From assembly GCA_009914755.4 (NCBI GenBank), contig CP068257.2:44768001-44832000 (forward strand): a DNA stretch of 64,000 nucleotides. Reading direction: 5' to 3'. The stretch comes from the human T2T-CHM13v2.0 reference genome, Homo sapiens. Positions 55,209 to 64,000 of the stretch are shown piece after piece; within the stretch, counting starts at the first letter, position 1, and the number at the start of each line of letters is the position of its first letter. A program made the translations under genes and the position numbers. The notes beneath the pieces are model-generated. The model worked only from the letters and a program-made list of their open reading frames with translations, did not search any database and was not told the DNA's origin.

Positions 55209-56290
55209 GTAAGGGGTGAGCGCCCCCAGGTCCCTGGCCTGGCTCCTCCCCCAGAGGGGCCCTCTCGGCAGCTTTGTGGTTCTTTTTCACGCTTCCCCAT
55301 TGTTCTTCCTCCCTCGCTGCCTTCTCTGAATTCATGGTTGCTATCTGGGTGAGTGGGTGGGGTCGACCCTGTGGGCCGAGTGGGGACGGATGTCCTCCAT
55401 GTCCTGGGGCACTTGTGTGGTCTTCGGGGGCTGAGCCCTGCTGCCATGGGATGCTGTGTGACTGTGTGGTCTTCGGGGGCTGAGCCCTGCTGCCATGGGA
55501 TGCTGCGTGACTGGTAGAGCCCCCTCACATGCTGCTCGCTGTGCATGACCTGGACACATTGCAGGTCGCTGGTCAGGAGGGGCTATGGTTCTGCTCTGGT
55601 GCTGGCGGCCGATGTTCACCTCCACCTGGCCCAGCCTGCTGGCTTTGTGTTTGTGTTGACGGCCTTTGCTAGAAACAAAAACCCAAGTCCTCCTTGGAAA
55701 GTCTGAGCTCACTGTAAGCTGCCTCTGAAGGAGGTGGGAATCTGGCTGCTGGTATAAATTCTTGATGTGTGTTCTGTGGCATTTATGAAATCATGACTTT
55801 GATCGTGGAGCCCACGCATGTGAGGTGCAGGGGAGCTGCGCCGCTTACCCTCTGGCCCCGCCAGCTGAACGTCGTTGTGGGTGGGGTGCACCCTGCCCCC
55901 TGTGTTGGGCCCTGGTGACCTTTCAGCGTGCCCACCCTCCACAGGCTGAACGTCCTTTTGATGGTGGAAGTAATAAACCTGTTTTGAGGGGCTTCACATC
56001 CGCCCCCTTGGGATGAACTAACAACGGTCCAGCCACCTGTTAATTTCAGTGCTGTTAGAACAACCAAACGGGCTATGCTTTGTGACAGGCCTGCGTTGTT
56101 CATACAAGCCAGTTGCGTGCAAAGTCTGTGATTCAATGACTTTTACAATTTTCTGCCAGCTCCACAAGCTTCTCATTGAACCCCAGACACATTAATTACA
56201 ATCCCTAAAAATAACTGTTGACAAAAAACACAAGTAATGTTCATGCCCTTTAACAACAAATTCTTACAAATTTATTTTCTTTTCTCCAAG

Positions 56291-56464
56291 AAAAAAATGG
56301 CAGCAGAGCTGCAGTTCCAGTTTGTGGACGTCCTGCTGAAAGACAATGTTTCCCTCACAAAAGCGCTCAGCACGGTGACCCAGGAGAAGCTGGAGCTGAG
56401 CAGAGCCGTGTCTAAGCTTGAGAAGTTGCTGAAGCACCATCTGCAGAAGGGCTGCAGCCCAAGC
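56291..56464 (+). CDS. PCNT: pericentrin coding exon 25; KKMAAELQFQFVDVLLKDNVSLTKALSTVTQEKLELSRAVSKLEKLLKHHLQKGCSPS
   Basis: Acceptor tttattttcttttctccaAG|AAAA; donor CCAAGC|GTAGGT. The GT 4 nt downstream would leave phase 1 and clash with exon 26. 174 nt, phase 0 to 0. Confidence 0.75.
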
Positions 56465-56767
56465 GTAGGTGTCTGTGCTTAACTCTTACCTGCCTCAGCC
56501 TAACCCACCATGGTCCAGAGCAGCTCCACCCCACAAGAGGCCGGGCTCCCTTTAGGGACCTGGGGATGTGGGCGTCACCTTCTCCCTAACCGCCAGGCTC
56601 TGTTGCCTCTGTCTGAAGCCTTGCTAAATGTTGTGGGATGTTTGAACATCTCAGCCGACTTCCAGCTCCGCCACAGACGGCGTCCTCACTGACCCTGACC
56701 GCTACTTGATGTTTGGTGCATGTTCATAAAAGGGTATTTTGACTAAGAATATTATAATCTGATCTAA

Positions 56768-57095
<328 letters not shown>

Positions 57096-57464
57096 TAAAG
57101 TGACTTATAATTTTCATAATGGTATAGTTGGATAGAGTTATCTTCCGGAATGTCTCATTTTTTTTTCTTTTGTATTTAGGCTATTTTGTTTGTGATTTGC
57201 TTTATTTTTTATAACTTTTTAAAAATTATTTTTAAATTTACATACAGTAAAATTTGCCCTTTCCTGGTGTAGTGTCATACAAGTTCACACACACACACAT
57301 CCCTGTAACCTTCATAAGTAACCACCATTCACAGAGCACACAGCGATGGCCCCCCCAAAAAGAGCAGCAGGCATCTCCGCCTGCCACAGGCCCTGGCTCT
57401 CTCCCAGAAAGGTGTGTCAGTGGAACCAGCCCGTCTGGGACCTCCTAAACTGGCTTTTTTCACT

Positions 57465-57600
57465 TTTTGGGTTTTTTTTCTGAGACAGGGCCTTGCTGCA
57501 TCTCCCAGGCTGGAGTGCAGTGGAGCAGTCACAGCTCACTTCAGCCTTGACCTCCCAGGTTCAGGGATCCTCCTGCCTCAGCCTCCTGACCTGCAGTGGT
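57465..57600 (-). mobile_element. partial Alu (antisense fragment)
   Basis: TTTTTTCTGAGACAGGGCCTTGCTGCATCTCCCAGGCTGGAGTGCAGTGGAGCAGTCACAGCTCACTTCAGCCTTGACCTCCCAGG. Confidence 0.7.
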
Positions 57601-58209
57601 GTCAGCAGCAACCTGTGCACGTCCTCCCGTACACTCTTAAGTCATCTCTAAGATCACTTGCAGCACCTCATTCAGTGTAAATGCCACGTAAATAGTTGTC
57701 ATCCTGTATTGTTTAGGGTGTAGGGGCAAGAAAAGAAGCACACGTTTGGTACAGACACATCGTTTTTTCTGAATATTTTTCACCCACAGTTGGTTGAATC
57801 CATGGATGTGGAACCCACAGCTGTCGAGAGTTGACTGTGCTTGTAGTTACCAGTGGTTGGCATTTCTAGGACCGGAGAATATGAGAGTGTTTAAGGCTTA
57901 AAGCTTTGAATTTGGGGTGATTTTACAAAGAATTGGTTTTCTGTTTCTGTTAAAATGTACCTTTTTTGCAATCATACTTCAGCAAGTGGCATGTCGTAAT
58001 TACTCCATGTTAATTCTTTGGCTGATCACAGCACGGCGTAACCTAGGCCCTGCTGAGGGGGTGCTGAAGTTGAGGAGGGGCCAGGTGTGGTGTGGTCAGC
58101 CTGGCCTCCCCGCACATGGCCTTCTCCCTCACCTGCCCCCGGCTGCGTCTCTAAGATGCTCTTGTTGACGAGCAGCTCTGTAGACAGCGCTGGCTGTGCT
58201 TCCTTACAG

Positions 58210-58329
58210 AGGTCGGAAAGGTCTGCTTGGAAGCCAGACGAAACGGCTCCACAGAGTTCCCTGAGGCGCCCAGACCCCGGCCGGCTTCCACCAGCTGCCA
58301 GCGAGGAAGCACACACCAGCAATGTCAAG
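58210..58329 (+). CDS. PCNT: pericentrin coding exon 26; RSERSAWKPDETAPQSSLRRPDPGRLPPAASEEAHTSNVK
   Basis: Acceptor ggctgtgcttccttacAG|AGGT; donor GTCAAG|GTAGGA. 120 nt, phase 0 to 0. Confidence 0.75.
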
Positions 58330-58982
58330 GTAGGAACGGTGCCACGAGTATAGAACTTTGGTGCTTTTTTAAGTCCTGGGTTTGCAAATTGCAGGCAAAG
58401 CATTTTTGTGACCACAAGGTTCTCGTCTGCCGGGTGTAGCAGTCACATCACTAAAGGAAAGGACGTTCACAGAATAAACTTCGGCTTGAATTTTGTTTTA
58501 ATTGTGCACAAATACTGAGTTTCTGTGCTTGTTAAGCGTGGAACGTGGAAGGCTTTGACAAAGTCAGCAAATGGCGGCCTCTGCAGCCTGAGGGAGGCCT
58601 GGCCCAGGGGCTTGCCGGGATTCGGCCCAAGATCTGCTGCAGTCTCCTGATGGCACACGGTCCCCACCCCGTGACGTCCATCTCATGCCCAGTTTGGACC
58701 TTACCTAAGGGGTGAAATGCAAGAAGCTTCATAGGGGCTCATTTGATGATGCTGTGGAGAGGAGCTTGTGGTCCTAGATCTTGTCTGACAAACACAAATT
58801 GATCTTCCAACAGCAAGGTTGTTTCTGGCCACAGATACTGTTGGAAGGCCGATGGCCTCTGTGATGATTTGATGGGAAAAAACAATCTGACTCTTTGGAA
58901 AGAGCAATGGTGTTAATGTGCTTTTGTCAGCAAGACAGTCTTTGTTTCCTATGATAAAATTTTACTGCTTTTTTTCTTCTAG

Positions 58983-59212
58983 ATGGAAAAATTGTACCTG
59001 CATTACTTGAGAGCAGAGAGCTTTAGAAAAGCTCTGATTTATCAAAAGAAGTATCTTTTGCTGTTGATTGGTGGATTCCAGGATTCTGAACAAGAAACAC
59101 TCTCCATGATTGCCCATTTGGGGGTATTTCCTTCCAAAGCAGAACGGAAAATCACATCTCGTCCTTTCACCAGGTTCCGCACGGCCGTCAGGGTGGTCAT
59201 TGCAATATTAAG
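58983..59212 (+). CDS. PCNT: PACT (pericentrin-AKAP450 centrosome-targeting) domain exon; MEKLYLHYLRAESFRKALIYQKKYLLLLIGGFQDSEQETLSMIAHLGVFPSKAERKITSRPFTRFRTAVRVVIAIL(R)
   Basis: Acceptor ctgctttttttcttctAG|ATGG; donor ATTAAG|GTAAAT. The peptide carries the PACT hallmarks LRAESFRKALIYQKKYLLLL and TRFRTAVRV. Phase 0 in, phase 2 out. Confidence 0.9.
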
Positions 59213-60624
59213 GTAAATGCCATGACGTTCAGTCAGTGCGTTCCGCGTCTGTCTCCGTGAGTGGGCAGCACACTGCATGGTTTTTTGGTCATTTTATTCC
59301 TTGAAACTCCATAATATGTTCTTTTTAAAGATGAATGGCATTTGAGGCCTTAGAGAAAATACAGATGATGAACTTGTCTTCAAGAAGTCATGTGTATGAA
59401 TCTCTCACCTTCTAAAACTAAAGATTTAAGGGCACCTTTGTATTACAGAGGAACATCTTGACTTTTAATGGGTTTCGTGCCACAAAGAACGTGCTGAATT
59501 TCTAAAACTGTTTTTCCCCCTAAACACTGTGCGGCTGTGCCTGCTCCCTGATGCCACAGAGGTGTTTCCCAAGGCCACGCGCGGGCCTGTCTGGAGTAGC
59601 AGATGCAGCAGAGAGCAGCTAGGAATCCCGCTCCTTTCAGAGACCAGGTGCCGAGCCAGTTCAGTCATCGCGGCTGCAGGCTGGGCCAAAGTGGGGTGCA
59701 GGCGAGGCCTCCTGGGTTGCTGTACTCTCAGCTTCTCTGGTCCTGGGGCACTTTGTCTCCTCGTCTCTGAGCTCCCCTGACCGTAGGCCTCCACCGTCCA
59801 TCCTTCCACCCACCCATCTGTCCATCCTGTGTTCATGGGGAGAACACCCTGCAGGAGGAAGCATTTTAGGCACTAGATAGGGGAGGTAAGCAGACCCAGA
59901 TCCTACCTCCTGTCGAGGAGGGGAGATCTTTTGAAGGCAGTGGTGTCCCAGAAAGGAGCAGTCTCTGTGTCCCTGTGAGGGCACTGCCTAGGGTAGCTGC
60001 CACCAAGGGGCCTTGACAGGTCTTATGGAGGAATCGGCAGTGTCTGCTATGCCTCAAAGGAGGGAAGCCACAGGCATGATGCTTGTTCCGAAGGCCATCC
60101 TAGCAGGGCGTCTGGGGCCCTGCACACTGACCTGCATGCCCTCGTCACCTGCACTCTGCATGCTCACCATCTGACGGACTCCTGCGAGGGCTGGGGTCTC
60201 CGTGTTCTGAGCCTGTCCAGTGGCATCTGTGACAGGATGAAGATGGGAGGGTCCTGCACACCAGGCGGGAGCGGCATGTGTTTCCTAGTCACTGGTGTGG
60301 CCGGCTGACTTTGAACTGGAGTCGTCCTGAGCTGGGCCATGGTGGGTGTCTAGGGGACCATATGGTCCACGGTGGGGCCGCAGTGAGGCTTTGTCAGGTG
60401 GTCGGGCATGGGAAGGTCGCCGCCGCCGGCAGCCCTGCGAGCACTTTGGATGTGTGCACCCGGCATGCCAGGCCCGAGTCAACAGACTGGCCGACCTTGG
60501 CGTCCTGGTCCCCATGGGCAGCGAGGCCCCCATTCTGCTTGTTTGGTCACAGTGGGGTTTTCATTGCTCTTTCCCTTCCTGTCTTGCCGTACTTTTAAGT
60601 GTGTCTTGTCTCTTTTTTTTGTAG

Positions 60625-60701
60625 ATTACGTTTTTTGGTTAAGAAATGGCAAGAAGTAGATCGGAAAGGAGCTCTGGCACAAGGCAAAGCCCCTCGCCCA
60701 G
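60625..60701 (+). CDS. PCNT: pericentrin penultimate coding exon; (R)LRFLVKKWQEVDRKGALAQGKAPRP(+G)
   Basis: Acceptor cttgtctcttttttttgtAG|ATTA; donor GCCCAG|GTGGGA. This continues the PACT C-terminal helix. Phase 2 in, phase 1 out. Confidence 0.8.
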
Positions 60702-61344
60702 GTGGGACTCCAGCTGCTGTTGACCGCTGGACTCACAAACCTTTCTTTCTACTCTTGTTTTTCATTCACTTTGGGTCATTTTTCAGTGTTGATGGGGACG
60801 TAATAAAGCACGGTAAGAAAATCCGTGAATTCCGTCAGGGCAGTCGTCCAGAGGGAAGGCGCGCCCGGCGTAGGGAGGTCAGAGCTCATGTTAGCTATGA
60901 ACACAGGTCACAGGGGCGTACGGCGATGGGAAACACTGAGATGCTCAATATATTGATTATTTAATAGTGTTTAGCAAAATGGTCTTTTTTTATTCCTTAA
61001 ATCAACTGAAACTCACTTCACGTCTCTTTCCTTGTAGAGCATCATGCTTATTTCTGGCTCACTCACATCTTTGTCTCGGGAGTTCTCTGCCGAGCCATTG
61101 CCCCCTACAGCAGAGAGCACAGCTGGCTGCACTAGTGCTGAAGGAGCCAGCCCCAGAGCAGGGCATTTCCAGGGGCTCTTGTCCCAGAGCGGCAGGCGTT
61201 GTGTGCAGAGAACGCCCCTCCCACGCAGCACAGAGAACGCGGGGTGGGTGTGTGGCTCCGGGCCTGTGGGGCTTAGGCTGCCTGAACCACCGCCGACTGG
61301 CACCATGACTCGGCATTCCTGGAAGTGCCTTACCAAGTTGTTGT

Positions 61345-61512
61345 TGTTGTTTTGTTGTTTTTTAAGAGACGGGCTTGCTCTATCATCCAGGCTCGAGTGC
61401 AATGGCACAGTCACAGCTCACTGCAGCCTTGAACTCGTGGGCTCAAGCCATCCTCCTGTGTCAGCCTCCCTAGTACCTGGGACTGTGGGCATGAGCACTG
61501 CGCCTGGCAGCT
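61345..61512 (-). mobile_element. partial Alu (antisense fragment, diverged)
   Basis: TTTTAAGAGACGGGCTTGCTCTATCATCCAGGCTCGAGTGCAATGGCACAGTCACAGCTCACTGCAGCC...GGCATGAGCACTGCGCCTGGC. Confidence 0.7.
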
Positions 61513-61937
61513 GTATCAGTGTTGACTCCACATTTTAATAGTTGCTTCTTGAAATTAAAATGCTTTGATTCAGCCTTCAAGCCATCAGGAAAGTTTGCCC
61601 CTCTGAGTCACACCTGGTGGTCTCCAGGGTTCCTGCCCCTCCCTCCTGAGCCAGCTCCTCAGAGCGGATAGAGGCAGGACCCCCACCCAGGTCTTGAGAC
61701 CCCCCTGCCCCGCACTCCCCCGGAGACGGGCTACCCCTGCAGATGCAGATAGTCAAAGCTCAGGTTTCTTCCAAAGCTTTTAAAAAGATATTGTACCTTG
61801 AGCACTTTAAAAATGTCTTAAAATTGCCATACAGGCTCTTAAAAGCTTATACGTTTAAACTGTTGATAGATGGGCCTTTACTAAAATGCATTCATTTATT
61901 TTCCTAATCCCTTGGTTGTTAAATAATTCTGGGGAAG

Positions 61938-62086
61938 GGCCCCGAGCACGACAGCCGCAGTCTCCACCCAGAACCAGAGAGTCCCCCCCAACCCGGGATG
62001 TACCCTCTGGCCACACCAGGGACCCTGCCAGAGGCCGCAGACTGGCAGCAGCAGCCTCCCCACACAGTGGGGGAAGGTCAGTGTGA
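61938..62086 (+). CDS. PCNT: putative terminal coding exon; (G)PRARQPQSPPRTRESPPTRDVPSGHTRDPARGRRLAAAASPHSGGRSV*, stop TGA 62084-62086
   Basis: This is the only AG (ggggaAG|GG) that restores the frame from the phase-1 end of the previous exon into an open Pro/Arg-rich frame ending at TGA. The acceptor context is weak, so the call is tentative. Confidence 0.5.
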
Positions 62087-63475
62087 TGCCTTCAGGCCCC
62101 GTCTCCTGCCAGGGCTCTCCCTCCAGCCTACATAGGGCCTCAGAGAAATGCATTTTTAGTTCTGGCTTTGGCCCAGCCCAGGGCAAGGCAGGAAACTCTC
62201 CAGCGTGAGTCCGTGAGGGCCAAGAAGTCCCGCCCTGTTCTGGGGGAGGACCTGGCTTTTCTGGTGTCTCTGGTGCCCGAGAGCCCGGTGCTGCCATCTT
62301 TAGTGAAAGAGTAAATGGTGGCCGAGGGCTCCTTTTGTGAGGGATGTGCCTTGGTGAAGAAGGCATGTTCCCTGCCGTGAAGATACTTGGAAGCTCTGGG
62401 TGGAGAGGGAAAAGGGATACCCCTGGTGCTCCCTGGGCCTGGCGGAAGGCTAGGAGGAAGGACAGCTGAGGTGAGGACTGAGTGGGGCAGGTATCACCCT
62501 GACAAACAGTTTGGGAAGATCAGGAAAGGCAGGTGAGACCTGGTGCAGAATCCAGGTTGGGTAATAGATACATCGTCGAAGATGTAGCAAGCAAAGTAAT
62601 ATACTCAACTCTGGAACATTGCACAGAAGCTTTTAAAGCACTCTGTGACACTTTTTGTAATGAGGGATCTAAAGGAAACGGCCCCAGAGTCACCCATCCC
62701 CACGGGTCTGGTTGGCGGGGCTGGTGCCTTTCTTCTGCACTCAGTCACCATGGCTCCGTCTGTCAAACTCAACTCTTTTTTTTTTTTTTCTTCTCTTGGT
62801 GTGGTAATTTGTTTGAAGAGCCACTCCATCCCCAAATTCAAGATTAGAAAGATCCCTGACTGCTTCTCAAGATCCAGAACATTCCTTGACAGAGTATATT
62901 CACCATTTAGAAGTGATCCAGCAAAGATTGGGAGGGGTACTACCAGGTAATGCAAGTCCTCGCCGAGTATTTATTAAGCTGATTATCACTGTACCCTGGA
63001 AACGTAGGGTCTGTTGAAAGATGGCTGGTATTCAGCTTAGTAACCAAAGTTTCAGTCTGAACAATCAGTGTCACTAATAGTATTAGAATAGAGGCTACAA
63101 GTGAAGAATCTCACAGAAGTCTAAGCCAGTGTACTCAGTGATACGTGCTGAGGTCAGTTTGACTTAATCACCGTCTGGACTTTTTTTGTCCTTTCTCTTA
63201 CATTGATAGCGAACATAAAGATTATATTTCGACCAGGATATAATTTGTTCAGTGTTTCTTAAATATCATAATTTAAACCACTGTATAATTCATATTTTTA
63301 CCAAAATTTACATGAATTCAGTGATAGTGTTTCAAAATTGTGGAATTCTTTTCAAAAAATCTGTGAAGCCTTGTAACCAATTTGCTGCCTCATTTTTATT
63401 TATATGCAGATTCTACTTCAAAGAAATCCTGCCACCCGATGATTAAACAGTGAATAAAATGTCATGGCTCTTTCC
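62087..63475 (+). other. PCNT: 3' UTR and downstream sequence of the gene; candidate poly(A) signals ATTAAA ~63443 and AATAAA ~63453 (also AATAAA ~63866); 3' end not resolved
   Basis: There is no canonical AATAAA in the first ~1.3 kb after the stop. A weak AGTAAA sits near 62311. I cannot fix the 3' end from sequence alone. Confidence 0.3.
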
Positions 63476-64000
63476 TGCGACAATTCTATTTGAGGAAAAG
63501 ATTTGTTTTTCCCTTTTCCCAAGGAAGCTCGTGGGACAGCATGGGCACTACTCTTCATGTGCGGTGACACCAGCCCCCAGATGCCTTGAATTAAGTGTCC
63601 TCACCTTTATGCATGACTGCAAAGCCAGCTGGAGCATTTTCTATGGAGCCTCCGTATGTTTTAGGCCCATGACCTTCGTGAGGTGACGGGCACTCACTCC
63701 CATGAGCCCTGGCTGTGTGCTGTTGTGTGCCTATCGGCAGATCCATCCTTCCTGCCTCCAAGGAGGATACACAGAGAATGGCTTCCTGTTGTTTTGTTTA
63801 TTTTCTTAACGTGTACAGATGGAAACTTCATTTAAAAATAAAAACAAAACAACTCAAAAAGGAATAAAATTTAATCACTGTTTTGTTTGTGAATAGCCCT
63901 TGTGTTGTTTTTTTTTTCCATTTTATCCATTTTATCAGTTTGCCTTTCTCACTGACTAAAAAATTGAGCAGAGAGTTTATGTTAAACTCGTAAGTCAAAA

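Noticed and set aside
56465-56470. Alternative donor GCGTAG|GTGTCT for exon 25
   Set aside because: It leaves phase 1. The next two exons (58210 and the PACT exon) are unambiguously phase 0, so only the upstream GTAGGT donor keeps the frame.

Overview
This window is primate (human-type) nuclear genomic DNA, not a prokaryotic locus. On the + strand it carries the 3' two-thirds of a large coiled-coil centrosomal gene that I recognise as PCNT (pericentrin). I traced 29 consecutive coding exons whose splice phases all agree. Together they total 6567 nt, giving about 2188 residues plus a stop codon. The exons encode heptad-rich coiled coil, then the PACT centrosome-targeting domain (..LYLHYLRAESFRKALIYQKKYLLLLIGGFQ..TRFRTAVRVVIAIL..), then a short Pro/Arg-rich tail. 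The introns are crowded with at least 30 Alu elements in both orientations, many with intact target-site duplications. They also hold an unusual number of tandem arrays. These include a satellite-like array of ~34-bp monomers with a 1048-bp higher-order period at the window start. They also include minisatellites with units of 27, 37, 46, ~48, ~58 and ~60 bp, CT-rich and GA-rich mirror tracts, and a C20 homopolymer. I found no rRNA, tRNA, CRISPR or prokaryote-style operon or defence system; no claim of a novel system is warranted. Three local oddities are the most interesting things here. First, a ~97% identical copy of one PCNT exon, with its 3' splice site, is inserted inside an Alu in the next intron. 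Second, a 60-bp minisatellite begins exactly at an exon donor site and repeats that donor about 6 times. Third, there are several alternative-donor or micro-exon ambiguities in the gene model. All coordinates were read by hand from the printed sequence. Splice junctions may be off by a few nt, and the gene identity is from memory of the protein family, not from a search.
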